Origin: an uncultured Clostridia bacterium
GTDB lineage: Bacteria > Bacillota > Clostridia > Oscillospirales > JAAYOS01
Length of the DNA stretch: 64,000 nt
Assembly (NCBI GenBank): GCA_947593925.1
Contig: CANQDU010000003.1
Span: 34,855 to 98,854, forward strand
Reading direction: 5' to 3'
Below are positions 28,843-38,740 of the stretch, piece after piece; positions within the stretch are counted from its first letter, which is position 1; each line of letters begins with the position of its first letter. The notes beneath the pieces were generated by a model. It had not been told where the DNA came from. It searched no databases and worked only from the letters and a program-made list of their open reading frames with translations. A program made the translations under genes and the position numbers.

Positions 28843-29899
28843 TTTCACACTCCAAAAGCTCTATCTCGTGCATAAGCGCGTCCACGAGCCGCTCCTGCGG
28901 CACCTTGGCTATTATCTCTCCCTTTCGGAATATCAGCCCCGAGTCCGGGCCGCCGGCTATGCCGACGTCGCACTCCCGCGCCTCGCCGGGGCCGTTGACG
29001 GCGCAGCCCATGACCGCGACCTTCAGCGGCTTCCGAACGCCCGCGAGGCGGCGTTCGACCTCCTCCGCGAGCGGTATGAGGTCTATGCGGCACCGTCCGC
29101 AGGTGGGGCACGCGACTACCTCCGCGCAGTCCCGCCGTATCTCGAGCGCGCGGAGGAGGTCTATGCCGGTCTCGACCTCGCGCACGGGATCCGCCGTAAG
29201 TGAGACTCGTATCGTGTCGCCTATTCCGTCCGCAAGGAGCGCGCCTATCGCGGCGGCGCTCTTCATTACGCCGATGCGCTCTGTGCCGGAGTGCGTGAGG
29301 CCGACGTGAAGCGGATAGTCCCGCAGCTCGGCGAGGCGGCGGTAGGCTTCTATCGTGAGCGCCACCTCCGGCGCCTTCACGGATATGGCTATGTCGAAAA
29401 ATCCGGCGTCCTCGAGCAGTTCGACGTGGGATATGGCGCTCTCCGCGAGGGCGCCGGCAGTGACGCCGCCGTGCCGCGCGAGGATGTCGCGCCGCACCGA
29501 CGCGCCGTTCACGCCGATGCGTATCGGTATCCCGCGCTCACGGCACGCGCCCGCGACGGCGCGGACGCGCTCCGGCGAGCCGATGTTTCCGGGGTTTATG
29601 CGTATCTTATCGACGCCCGCTTTCACCGCCGCGAGCGCGAGGCGGTAGTCGAAGTGTATGTCCGCGACTATCGGAAGCTTCGTACGCTTCTTGAGCTCCG
29701 CTATCGCCTCCGCCGCCGCCATGTCCGGCACGGCGACGCGGACGATGTCGCACCCGGCGGCCTCCAGCCGCGCAATCTGAGCCGCCGTCGCCTCGACGTC
29801 CGCGGTGGCGGTCGTAGTCATCGACTGGACGCTTATCGGCGCGCCGCCGCCTATCTCGACGCCGCCCGCGTTTATCTTCCTTGTTTTTCTGCGTTCCAT
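28823..29899 (-). CDS. ispG: HMBPP synthase (MEP pathway)
   Basis: 'ADIHFDY', 'IRINPGNIG', 'GDTIRVSLT', 'ACPTCGR', 'MGCAVNGPGE'. Confidence 0.97.
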   Translation of the reverse strand: MERRKTRKINAGGVEIGGGAPISVQSMTTTATADVEATAAQIARLEAAGCDIVRVAVPDMAAAEAIAELKKRTKLPIVADIHFDYRLALAAVKAGVDKIRINPGNIGSPERVRAVAGACRERGIPIRIGVNGASVRRDILARHGGVTAGALAESAISHVELLEDAGFFDIAISVKAPEVALTIEAYRRLAELRDYPLHVGLTHSGTERIGVMKSAAAIGALLADGIGDTIRVSLTADPVREVETGIDLLRALEIRRDCAEVVACPTCGRCRIDLIPLAEEVERRLAGVRKPLKVAVMGCAVNGPGEARECDVGIAGGPDSGLIFRKGEIIAKVPQERLVDALMHEIELLECENDQLLT

Positions 29900-29901
29900 A
29901 G

Positions 29902-31059
29902 CTACCTCACAAGCCGCAATATGTCATTGAACGCGACGTAAGCCATCAGCCCGAGCAGCAGCACGAGGCCGCCGAAGTGTATCGCGCTCTCATACTTGGG
30001 GTTGAGCGGCTTACCGCGTATCAGCTTTATGACGCCGCCGACGATGAGGAAGAATATCCTGCCGCCGTCTATGGCGGGTATCGGCAGAAGGTTCATCACG
30101 GCGAGGTTCACCGCTATCATCGCTATTAGCGACCACGCCGACGGGAGCGAGGTCTGCGCCGTCTCTACTATCATCCCGCTTATGCCGACCGGCCCCGCGA
30201 GGTCGTTCACCGTCGCCTTTCCCCCGAACAGATCAAAGAGGCTAACCTTGACCATCCGCACAAAGTCAATGGCGTTGAGCCAGGCAAGCTTTATGCGCGT
30301 ATAGAACGTCGCCTCCTCGCTTTTGAAGACAAGTCCGTACATCTCGCGGTCGACCGTGACGGGGTTCCCGTTCTCGTCCGTCGTCTCGTAGGGGTAGACT
30401 CTCCGCTCGAGCGGGACGGTCACGTCTATGCGCTCGCCGTTTCTTGCGACGGTGAAGGTGTACGGCGCGCCCTTCTCATGCTCGAGGAAGGTCAAAATGT
30501 CCGCGTTGGTGAATATCCAGTATCCGTTTATGCGCTCTATGTCGTCGCCCGGCATCAGCATCGTCTCGCCCTCGCAGGGGAAGCCCTCCATGAAGGAGTC
30601 TATCTGCGTGGTGACGAGTATGTCCCCGCGCGAGCTCAGCACAAGGAGTATAAGAAATCCCGTGAGGAAGTTCATGAACGCTCCGGCGGCGAGGATAATT
30701 ACCTTCTGCCAGAGCGGCTTCACATAGAACGGCTCCTCGCCCTCGGCGGGCGGGGGATAGTCGTCCGGCGCGGCGGGCTTTTCCGCGTCTCCGCCCTCCG
30801 GGAGGGCTTCGGCGTCCGCCGCGTCCTCGCTTTCTCCGTCCTCGCCGTCGAGCGCGCAGAAGCCGCCCACCGGGAAGAGACGGAGCGAGTAGAGCGTCCG
30901 CTTGCCCCGCTTTTTGAATATCGCGGGGCCCATGCCTATCGCGAATTCGAGCACCCGCACCCCGAAGATGCGCGCGGTGATGAAGTGCCCGAACTCGTGG
31001 ATGAAGATGAGGAATCCGAATGCCAGTATCGCGAGAATGATATACAGTGCCGTAGTTAT
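29902..31059 (-). CDS. rseP: RIP metalloprotease RseP (start codon uncertain)
   Basis: 'IHEFGH', 'FAIGMGP', PDZ-like segment, 'NLLPIPAIDGG'; start may be ATA at 31059 or GTG at 31086. Confidence 0.92.
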   Translation of the reverse strand: MTTALYIILAILAFGFLIFIHEFGHFITARIFGVRVLEFAIGMGPAIFKKRGKRTLYSLRLFPVGGFCALDGEDGESEDAADAEALPEGGDAEKPAAPDDYPPPAEGEEPFYVKPLWQKVIILAAGAFMNFLTGFLILLVLSSRGDILVTTQIDSFMEGFPCEGETMLMPGDDIERINGYWIFTNADILTFLEHEKGAPYTFTVARNGERIDVTVPLERRVYPYETTDENGNPVTVDREMYGLVFKSEEATFYTRIKLAWLNAIDFVRMVKVSLFDLFGGKATVNDLAGPVGISGMIVETAQTSLPSAWSLIAMIAVNLAVMNLLPIPAIDGGRIFFLIVGGVIKLIRGKPLNPKYESAIHFGGLVLLLGLMAYVAFNDILRLVR

Positions 31060-31063
31060 AAGA

Positions 31064-32194
31064 TTACCCCCTACCGCCGGCCGCACGGCTGCGGACCTCG
31101 GCGTCTATCTCAAGAGCACGCTCTGGCGAGGCGTCCCCCGAGTATCCCTCGGAGAGGCGTTCGACCGTCTCGGCTATGCCGGGAAAGCTCAGTTTGCCCG
31201 CGAGGAACCTCCCCACGGCGACCTCGTTTGCGGCGTTCAGCGCGGCGCACGCCGCGCCGCCCGCGTCCGCCGCCCGCTCCGCGAGCGCAAGACACTTAAA
31301 TGTATTCCTGTCCGGCACGGAAAAGCTCAATAAACCGATTTTTTCGAGCTCGAGCGGCGGAGTTTCGGTGTCCGCGCGCCCGGGATAGGTGAGCGCGTAC
31401 TGTATCGGTATCGACATGTCCGGTATGCCGAGCTGCGCCACGACCGCGCCGTCCTCAAATTCCACCGCCGAGTGTATTATGCTCTCCCGCTGGACGATTA
31501 TCTTGATATTCTCCCTTTTCACGCCGAAAAGGTGCATCGCTTCTATCAGTTCGAGGCCCTTGTTCATAAGCGTCGCGCTGTCGACGGTTATCTTCGCGCC
31601 CATCGACCAGTTTGGGTGAGACAGCGCATCCGCGACGGTGACGCCTTCAAGATCCTCCGACGTCCTGCCGAAGAACGGGCCGCCGGACGCAGTGAGAAGT
31701 ATCCTCCTCGGGTGCGGCGCTCCCTGAAGACACTGGAATATCGCGGAGTGCTCCGAGTCTACCGGTATTATCTCCACTCCCCGCTCGCGCGCGGCGCGGA
31801 GCACGCCGCTCCCGGCGCAGACAAGCGTCTCCTTGTTCGCGAGCGCGAGGCGCTTCACCGCGCCGAGCGCCGCGAGCGTGGGTCGGAGCCCCGCGACGCC
31901 GACTATCGCGTTGAGGCAGCAGTCGGCCTCAACGGCCGCCGCTTCGAGGACGCCCTCCTCGCCGCCCACGACCTTCACCGAAGTGTCGGCAAGGCGCGTT
32001 CGGAGGTCGCGCGCCGCGTCTATGTCATAAAGCGCCGCGACGCGCGGGAGAAACTCCCGCGCCTCGGCCTCCATCTCTCTCACGCTGCGGAAGGCCGCCA
32101 GCGCCCGCACCTCAAGGCCGAGCCGCCGAGCCGCCTTCACCGCGTTTTTTCCTATCGAGCCTGTGCTTCCGAGCAGAGTAAGTGTTTTCAGCAT
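31064..32194 (-). CDS. dxr: 1-deoxy-D-xylulose-5-phosphate reductoisomerase
   Basis: 'LGSTGSIG', 'LANKETLV', 'PVDSEHSAIFQ', 'HPNWSMGAKITVDSAT'. Confidence 0.97.
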   Translation of the reverse strand: MLKTLTLLGSTGSIGKNAVKAARRLGLEVRALAAFRSVREMEAEAREFLPRVAALYDIDAARDLRTRLADTSVKVVGGEEGVLEAAAVEADCCLNAIVGVAGLRPTLAALGAVKRLALANKETLVCAGSGVLRAARERGVEIIPVDSEHSAIFQCLQGAPHPRRILLTASGGPFFGRTSEDLEGVTVADALSHPNWSMGAKITVDSATLMNKGLELIEAMHLFGVKRENIKIIVQRESIIHSAVEFEDGAVVAQLGIPDMSIPIQYALTYPGRADTETPPLELEKIGLLSFSVPDRNTFKCLALAERAADAGGAACAALNAANEVAVGRFLAGKLSFPGIAETVERLSEGYSGDASPERALEIDAEVRSRAAGGRG

Positions 32195-32284
32195 AGTGTG
32201 CCTTCCGTTCCCGTCCGCCGGCAGATAAATCCGTACATGGAAGGGCGCGCCCTTCGGCGCGCCTCAAGGTCTCGGCGTCGGGAG

Positions 32285-33121
32285 TTACATGATTATCGGG
32301 AACGCCGCGAGAAGCAGCTCGACTACCGGCGCGGTAAAGAGTACGCTGTCGAACCGGTCGAGTATTCCCCCGTGCCCCGGGATGATCTTTCCGAAGTCCT
32401 TTATGCCGGCCTGACGCTTGACGCTCGAGAGCGCGAGGTCACCTATCTGACCGCAGAAGGCGCTCGCGACGCCGAGCAGCACCGCCGAGCCGTAGTTGAA
32501 TCTGAAATCGGGTATTATCACGAAGTCGAGCAGGAGCGTATACAGCACGAGTATGACCGGCGCCATGACAAATCCCGCCACAGAGCCCTCGACCGTCTTT
32601 TTCGGGCTTATGTCCGGGGCGAGCTTGTGCCGTCCGAACGTTCTTCCGCCGAGGTACGCGAACACGTCCGAGCCCCACGCGCCGAGCAATGGATAGAGAA
32701 GCAGCAGCCGTCCGACAAGCTTCGGGTCGTCCGCTATGACGATTATCCGCATTATCGAACTCAGCAGGTAGGGTATGACTATGCCGCCGAAGAACGCTAT
32801 GCAGAGCTTGTCAAACGTGGAGTCCGGCGCGGCGGACAGCGTCTCCATAAACAGCAGGAGCGTGTAGACCGCGACCCCGAGCACCACGCCCCAGTCGCCC
32901 GAGCCGAAGTAGACCCATATCGGCACGAGCATCGCCACGGCCATGGCGTAAGCGACTATGCGCTTATTTGTGCGCACAAATCCGGTGGCATACAGCAGCT
33001 CATGCGCCGCAACGGAGCTCATCAGCCCTATCACAAGCGGCAGAGCCCACGGCGGAGCAAAGAATATCACTCCCAACAGGACGGCGAGCAATATCCCGCC
33101 TCCCAGCGTTCGCAGGAACAT
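32285..33121 (-). CDS. cdsA: Phosphatidate cytidylyltransferase
   Basis: 'SDVFAY', 'ISPKKTVEG', 'IKDFGKIIPGHGGILDRFDS'; ATG at 33121 after GGAGG. Confidence 0.95.
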   Translation of the reverse strand: MFLRTLGGGILLAVLLGVIFFAPPWALPLVIGLMSSVAAHELLYATGFVRTNKRIVAYAMAVAMLVPIWVYFGSGDWGVVLGVAVYTLLLFMETLSAAPDSTFDKLCIAFFGGIVIPYLLSSIMRIIVIADDPKLVGRLLLLYPLLGAWGSDVFAYLGGRTFGRHKLAPDISPKKTVEGSVAGFVMAPVILVLYTLLLDFVIIPDFRFNYGSAVLLGVASAFCGQIGDLALSSVKRQAGIKDFGKIIPGHGGILDRFDSVLFTAPVVELLLAAFPIIM

Positions 33122-33184
33122 ACTGTGAAACCTCCAGAATCCGCAGCGGAACACCGCGGGCTTTAAGGGAACGGCGCGGGGCCG

Positions 33185-33928
33185 TCATCCCTTCACGCCG
33201 CCGTAGCGGCGGTCGCGGCGGTTGTATTCCTCCACCGCGCGGTCGATCTCCTCCTCGTCGAAGTCCGGCCAGAGGGTATCGGTAAAGTACAGCTCGGAAT
33301 AAGCGCACTGCCAGAGCAGGAAGTTTGAAAGCCGCACCTCCCCGCTCGGACGGACAATGAGGTCCGGGTCGGGGATGCCGGCGGAGTAGAGGCGGCCCGC
33401 TATCGAGTCCTCGGTTATCTCCTCCGGCGAAATCTTGCCGGCGGCGGCGTCCTCCGCGAGGAGGCGCGCCGCGCGCGTTATCTCGTCCCGCGAGCCGTAG
33501 TTGATGCAGAGGCAGAGCGTGATACCGTCTATATGGCGGCTCTTCTCGTCTATCTTTGCGAGCAGCTCGCGCACGTCCTCCGGCATTTCCTCGCGTCCGC
33601 CGAGGATACGCACCTTCACGCGGTCGCGCTCCATGCGCTCGTACGTCTCGTCGAGGTATTCGCGCAGGAGGCGCCATATCTCCGCCACTTCCTCCGGCGG
33701 ACGGCGCCAGTTCTCGGTGGAAAAGGCGTACGCCGTGAGATACTTCACGCCGATGTCGCGGCAGTAGGTCGCGACTCTGCGGAAGGTCTCCGCGCCTATC
33801 GCGTGCCCCGCCGTGCGGGGCATTCCGCGCTTTCGCGCCCACCGCCCGTTGCCGTCGAGGATAATGGCTATGTGCTCCGGCACCGACGCGGGCGCGCCGT
33901 GCTTCTTCTTCCTGCCGAAAAACCGCAT
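33185..33928 (-). CDS. uppS: Undecaprenyl diphosphate synthase
   Basis: 'HIAIILDGNGRWA', 'YAFSTENW', 'RPSGEVRLSNFLLWQ'. Confidence 0.97.
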   Translation of the reverse strand: MRFFGRKKKHGAPASVPEHIAIILDGNGRWARKRGMPRTAGHAIGAETFRRVATYCRDIGVKYLTAYAFSTENWRRPPEEVAEIWRLLREYLDETYERMERDRVKVRILGGREEMPEDVRELLAKIDEKSRHIDGITLCLCINYGSRDEITRAARLLAEDAAAGKISPEEITEDSIAGRLYSAGIPDPDLIVRPSGEVRLSNFLLWQCAYSELYFTDTLWPDFDEEEIDRAVEEYNRRDRRYGGVKG

Positions 33929-34479
33929 CAGACGGTGAGCAGCTCCTTCTCCTTCTCGGCGGTTATCTTGTCTATCTCCGCCGTCTTCTTGTCGGTGAGG
34001 TCCTGAAGGTCCTTCTCAAGGCGCTTGAGATCGTCCTCGGTGATCTCGCCCTTCTTCTCCTGCTTCTTGTAGTCGTCCATCGCGTCGCGGCGGATGTTGC
34101 GGACGGCTACCTTCGCCTCCTCCGCGTACTTGCGGACGAGCTTCGTGAGCTCCTTGCGGCGCTCCTCGGTGAGCTGCGGGAAGGCGAGGCGTATGACCTT
34201 GCCGTCATTCTGCGGGTTGATGCCGAGGTCGCTTGTCTGTATGGCCTTCTCTATCTTCTTGAGTATCGAGTTGTCCCACGGCTGTATCATGATGGTGCGC
34301 GGGTCGGGCGTGGAGATGGTGCCGACCTGCTGGAGCGGGGTCGCCGTTCCGTAGTAGTCGATGGTTATTCTGTCGAGAACGGACGGGTTCGCGCGCCCCG
34401 CGCGGACGCTTCCGAGGTTGTCCGAAAACGCCTTTATGCTCTTATCCATCTTGTCCTGATAAATCTGATCTGCTGCCAT
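33928..34479 (-). CDS. frr: Ribosome recycling factor
   Basis: 'RAGRANP', 'LTEERRKEL', 'VAVRNIRRD'. Confidence 0.97.
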   Translation of the reverse strand: MAADQIYQDKMDKSIKAFSDNLGSVRAGRANPSVLDRITIDYYGTATPLQQVGTISTPDPRTIMIQPWDNSILKKIEKAIQTSDLGINPQNDGKVIRLAFPQLTEERRKELTKLVRKYAEEAKVAVRNIRRDAMDDYKKQEKKGEITEDDLKRLEKDLQDLTDKKTAEIDKITAEKEKELLTV

Positions 34480-34537
34480 TTTTATAGTCCCCTTTCTTAT
34501 TTTTAATAAAATTTTTTACTCAAAGCTTTATCGTTTT

Positions 34538-35260
34538 TCAGTCTATGCTTCCGGTGACGAGGGTGCCGACCTTCTCGCCCATAAGGGCGCGGTAGATGTT
34601 CTCCGGGTCGGATAGCGCGAAGAGAAGGACGGGTATGCTGTTGTCCATCGACAGCGACGTCGCGGTGAGGTCCATCGCGAGGAGGTGCTTCTGCAGCATT
34701 TCGTCGTAGCTCAGCGCCTCGTAGCGGTGCGCGTCCGGATTTTTCGCGGGGTCGGAGTCGTACACGCCGTCAACGTTCTTCGCGAGCAGGACGATGTCCG
34801 CGTCTATCTCCGCCGCGCGGAGTATGGCCGCCGTGTCGGTAGAGAAGTACGGATTGCCGGTGCCGCATCCGAAGATGACGACCCTGCCCTTCTCGAGATG
34901 GCGGCAGGCGCGCAGGCGAACGTAGGGCTCGGCTATGGCGCGCATCTCGATGGCGGTCTGTACGCGGACGTCTACGCCCATCTTCTCGAGCGCGTCCGCA
35001 AGGGCGAGCGCGTTTATCGAGGTCGCGAGCATCCCCATGTGGTCGGCGCGGGTACGTTCGATCTTTCCCCCGCCGTCCTTGACGCCGCGCCAGAAGTTTC
35101 CTCCGCCGACGACGATGCCTATCTCCGCGCCCGCGTCCACGCACTTCTTTATGACCGAGCACACCGAACGAATAACGTCGATGTCAAGGCCGAAGTGCCT
35201 GTTCCCCGCGAGCGCCTCGCCGGAGACCTTGAGGAGCACACGCTTGTATTTCAATTCCAT
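34538..35260 (-). CDS. pyrH: UMP kinase
   Basis: '[11 protein letters not shown]', 'GGGNFWRG', 'GNPYFSTDT', 'DGVYDSDP'. Confidence 0.97.
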   Translation of the reverse strand: MELKYKRVLLKVSGEALAGNRHFGLDIDVIRSVCSVIKKCVDAGAEIGIVVGGGNFWRGVKDGGGKIERTRADHMGMLATSINALALADALEKMGVDVRVQTAIEMRAIAEPYVRLRACRHLEKGRVVIFGCGTGNPYFSTDTAAILRAAEIDADIVLLAKNVDGVYDSDPAKNPDAHRYEALSYDEMLQKHLLAMDLTATSLSMDNSIPVLLFALSDPENIYRALMGEKVGTLVTGSID

Positions 35261-35292
35261 CCGGAACCACTCCTTCCCTTTTATACCTGTCT

Positions 35293-35322
35293 ATTTTACA
35301 CGAAAGCGGTATGATTAGTCAA
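35293..35322 (-). promoter_or_regulatory. Sigma-A promoter of the pyrH operon
   Basis: Minus strand TTGACT-18bp-TAAAAT. Confidence 0.55.
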
Positions 35323-35350
35323 GCGCTGCATACACATTTTACCCGTTTCT

Positions 35351-36616
35351 TTATAAACTGTTTTTTATCTTCTTCCAGTATGCGGCGTAGGCCTGCTCGC
35401 TCTTGTTGTCTCCGAAGCGGTAGTAGACCGTTCCCGCGAGGTTGTCGGGCAGGTACTGCTGCGCGACCCAGTGGTTCGGGAAGTCGTGCGGGTACTTGTA
35501 GCCCTGCTCCCGCTCGAAGCCGGTTCCGTCCGCGTGGACGTTCTGAAGCTCGCGCGGGACGGGTCCGGCCTTCCCCGCGCGGACATCCGCCATGGCCGCG
35601 TTTATCGCCTCTACAACGGAGTTCGACTTCGGCGCGGTCGCGAGGAGAATCACCGCCTCCGCGAGCGGAAGCTGCGCCTCCGGAAGCCCGAGCTGCAGAG
35701 CGCTCTCCACACAGCTCTTGACTATCGGCACCGCCTGCGGGTAAGCAAGCCCTATGTCCTCCGACGCGGAGCAGAGTATCCTCCGGCACGCGCCGGCGAG
35801 GTCGCCCGCGGCGAGGAGCCGCGCGAGGTAATGGAGCGCCGCGTCCGGGTCGGAGCCGCGGAGCGATTTCATCAGCGCCGAGACCGCGTCGTAGTGACCG
35901 TCGCCGTCACGGTCGTGGTGCATGGCGCTCTTCTGCGAGACGAGCTCCGCGTCCTCGAGCGAGATGTGGAGCATCCCATCCTCCGTCTTTACGGCGGCGG
36001 TAAAGAGCAGTTCGATGGAATTTACCGCCTTGCGGACGTCCCCGCCCGACGAGGACGCAACGTGCTCGAGGACGCCGTCCTCTATCTCCGCCTCGCCGAA
36101 GGTCTCCCGCGCGAGCTTCTCCGCGCGCCGGACGGCCTCGAGCATATCATCGAATGTAAGCTCCTTGAACTCGAAAACGGTCGAACGGCTGAGCACGGCG
36201 TTGTAGATGTAGAAGTACGGGTTCTCGGTAGTGGACGCGATGAGCGTTATCTTGCCGTTTTCTATGAACTCAAGAAGCGACTGCTGCTGGCGCTTGTTGA
36301 AATACTGTATCTCGTCGAGATAGAGCAGGATGCCGTTCGGCGTGAGAAATGTGTCGAGGTCGGCTATGAGGTCCTTTATGTCCTGAAGCGACGCGCTCGT
36401 GGCGTTCAGGCGGCGCAGCTCGCGGTCGGTCTCCCGCGCGATGATGTTTGCGACGGTAGTCTTGCCCGAGCCGGAGGGGCCGTAGAAGATCATATTCGGT
36501 ATTTTCCCGCTTTTCACTATCCTTCGGAGCAGGCCGTTCTCTCCGAGGATGTGCTTCTGGCCGAACACCTCGTCAAGCGTCGCCGGACGGATCCTGTCCG
36601 CAAGCGGCTGATACAT
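35351..36616 (-). CDS. rarA: Replication-associated recombination protein A (MgsA/RarA AAA+ ATPase)
   Basis: 'PLADRIRP', 'GPSGSGKTT', 'ASTTENPYF', 'KSLRGSDPDAA', 'ASEDIGLA'. Confidence 0.95.
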   Translation of the reverse strand: MYQPLADRIRPATLDEVFGQKHILGENGLLRRIVKSGKIPNMIFYGPSGSGKTTVANIIARETDRELRRLNATSASLQDIKDLIADLDTFLTPNGILLYLDEIQYFNKRQQQSLLEFIENGKITLIASTTENPYFYIYNAVLSRSTVFEFKELTFDDMLEAVRRAEKLARETFGEAEIEDGVLEHVASSSGGDVRKAVNSIELLFTAAVKTEDGMLHISLEDAELVSQKSAMHHDRDGDGHYDAVSALMKSLRGSDPDAALHYLARLLAAGDLAGACRRILCSASEDIGLAYPQAVPIVKSCVESALQLGLPEAQLPLAEAVILLATAPKSNSVVEAINAAMADVRAGKAGPVPRELQNVHADGTGFEREQGYKYPHDFPNHWVAQQYLPDNLAGTVYYRFGDNKSEQAYAAYWKKIKNSL

Positions 36617-36652
36617 CCTTCATCACTTCTCTTTCAAGTGGTCTCCCGAAAA

Positions 36653-37903
36653 TCAGTAGATCGGGTGCTTGCCGCAGAGCTCCGCCACCTCGGCGCGGAC
36701 CGTGTCCGCGCAGTCGGGATATTCCGTCGCGGCGAGGCGCATGAGCTCCGCAATTTTCTCCATGTCCGCCTCGTTGAAGCCGCGCGTCGTGACGGCGGGC
36801 GTTCCGACGCGGATGCCGCTCGTCACGAACGGGCTCTCCGGGTCGTCCGGAATGGCGTTCTTGTTGACCGTGATGTGCATCTCGTCAAGGCGGCGCTCCA
36901 TCTCCTTGCCGGTGACGCCGAAGCGCCTGAGATCGACGAGCATAAGGTGGTTGTCCGTGCCGCCGGTGACGAGGTCGAACCCGCGCGCGAGGAGAGCCTT
37001 CGCGAGCGCCGCTGCGTTCCGCACGACGGCATGCTGGTACTCCTTGAACTCGGGCTTCATCGCCTCGCCGAAGCAGACCGCCTTGGCCGCTATGATATGC
37101 TCGAGCGGACCGCCCTGCGTTCCGGGGAAAACCGCCTTGTCTATAGCCTTAGCGTGCTCCTTCTTGCAGAGGATAAGCCCTCCGCGCGGGCCGCGCAGGG
37201 TCTTGTGCGTCGTTGTGGTGACGACGTCGGCATAAGGCACGGGGCTCGGGTGCTCCCCCGCCGCGACGAGACCCGCGATGTGCGCCATGTCCACCATGAG
37301 TATTGCGCCGGCCTCGTGAGCTATCTCCGCGAAGCGCTCGAAGTCTATCGTTCTCGGGTAGGCGCTCGCGCCGGCGATTATCATCTTAGGACGGTGCTCG
37401 AGGGCGAGGCGGCGCACCTCGTCGTAGTTTATCCTGTGCGTCTCCGGGTCGATGCCGTAGGGGACGACGTTGAAGTACTTCCCCGAGATGTTCGCGGGGC
37501 TGCCGTGGGACAGGTGTCCGCCATGCGCGAGACTCATGCCGAGGACGGTGTCCCCCGGCTCACAGAAGGCGTAGTAGACGGCGGTGTTCGCCTGCGCGCC
37601 GGAGTGGGGCTGGACGTTCGCGTGCTCCGCGCCGAAGAGCTTGCAGGCGCGCTTCCGCGCGAGGCTCTCAAGCTCGTCGATATACTCGCAGCCGCCGTAG
37701 TAGCGCTTCTTCGGCAGACCCTCGGCGTACTTGTTCGTCATGACGTTTGCCGCGGCCATCATCACCGCCTCGCTCACGATGTTCTCCGAGGCTATGAGCT
37801 CGATGTTGCGGCGCTGGCGCATGAGCTCCTTGGATATCGCCGCGCCGACCTCCGGGTCGGCCTCCGAAACAAATCCGAGCACATTTTCCATCATAGAAGC
37901 CAT
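36653..37903 (-). CDS. glyA: Serine hydroxymethyltransferase
   Basis: 'IELIASEN', 'NKYAEG', '[14 protein letters not shown]'; ATG at 37903 after AAAGGAG. Confidence 0.97.
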   Translation of the reverse strand: MASMMENVLGFVSEADPEVGAAISKELMRQRRNIELIASENIVSEAVMMAAANVMTNKYAEGLPKKRYYGGCEYIDELESLARKRACKLFGAEHANVQPHSGAQANTAVYYAFCEPGDTVLGMSLAHGGHLSHGSPANISGKYFNVVPYGIDPETHRINYDEVRRLALEHRPKMIIAGASAYPRTIDFERFAEIAHEAGAILMVDMAHIAGLVAAGEHPSPVPYADVVTTTTHKTLRGPRGGLILCKKEHAKAIDKAVFPGTQGGPLEHIIAAKAVCFGEAMKPEFKEYQHAVVRNAAALAKALLARGFDLVTGGTDNHLMLVDLRRFGVTGKEMERRLDEMHITVNKNAIPDDPESPFVTSGIRVGTPAVTTRGFNEADMEKIAELMRLAATEYPDCADTVRAEVAELCGKHPIY

Positions 37904-37996
37904 GTCGGTCACTCCTTTCAAAACCGGGTCGCGGGAAGGTGGGCGGCCGTTCCCCTCCCGCCGGGGACGGCGCGTATGCTGCTCGCCGCGCGGCAC

Positions 37997-38025
37997 TTGC
38001 AAACGCGGGCGTTTTGTGCTAAAAT
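37997..38025 (+). promoter_or_regulatory. Sigma-A promoter of nth
   Basis: TTGCAA-17bp-TAAAAT with extended TG. Confidence 0.6.
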
Positions 38026-38047
38026 CGTCGAAAAAGGGGGCTTTCGT

Positions 38048-38695
38048 ATGCTTGATAAAAAGGAACGGGCGCTGCGCTGCATAGACGCGCTGAAGCTCGA
38101 ATATCCCGACGCGATATGCACCATAGACTACGAGAAGGACTACGAGCTGCTGTTCTCCACGCGCCTTGCGGCGCAGTGCACCGACGCTCGCGTGAACATC
38201 GTGACAAAAACTCTCTACAAGAAGTATCCGTCGCTCGAGGCGTTTGCCGAGGCGGACATACCAGAGCTTGAAAACGACCTCCGCCCCACCGGCTTCTTCC
38301 GCATGAAGGCCCGCGACCTCAAGGCCGCGGCGCGCGTCCTGCTTGACGACTACGGCGGAAAGGTCCCGGATACGATGGAGGAGCTTCTGAAGATACCGGG
38401 CGTCGGCCGCAAGACCGCAAACCTCGTCCTCGGGGACATCTTCGGCAAGCCGAGCTATGTCTGCGACACGCACTGCATCCGCATAACGAATCTGCTCGGT
38501 CTCACTGAGGGGAATGATCCGGCAAAGGTCGAGGTGCAGCTCCGCGAGCTGCTCCCGCCGGACGAGGCCGGCGCGTTCTGCCACCGCCTCGTGCTCCACG
38601 GGCGCGCGGTCTGCGTCGCGCGCCGCCCGAACTGCGCCGCGTGCTGCATGAGAGAATACTGCGCCCACGCGGCGTCACTCGCGGCTCACGAATAG
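38048..38695 (+). CDS. nth: Endonuclease III
   Basis: '[11 protein letters not shown]', HhH '[10 protein letters not shown]', 'CDTHC', 4Fe-4S 'C-x6-C-x2-C-x5-C'. Confidence 0.96.
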   Translation: MLDKKERALRCIDALKLEYPDAICTIDYEKDYELLFSTRLAAQCTDARVNIVTKTLYKKYPSLEAFAEADIPELENDLRPTGFFRMKARDLKAAARVLLDDYGGKVPDTMEELLKIPGVGRKTANLVLGDIFGKPSYVCDTHCIRITNLLGLTEGNDPAKVEVQLRELLPPDEAGAFCHRLVLHGRAVCVARRPNCAACCMREYCAHAASLAAHE

Positions 38696-38740
38696 GCTCC
38701 GCGCTTTCGCGGGCGGTCTTCGAACCGCCCGCTTTGTTTT

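Noticed and set aside
32243-32264. GC-rich hairpin between cdsA and dxr as another repeat copy
   Set aside because: A single short stem with no shared flanking blocks; more likely an intra-operon stability or pause hairpin.
37904-38047. ZTP riboswitch upstream of glyA
   Set aside because: No match to the conserved GACTGGCG / CGCCTGGGC elements; the space holds the divergent nth promoter.
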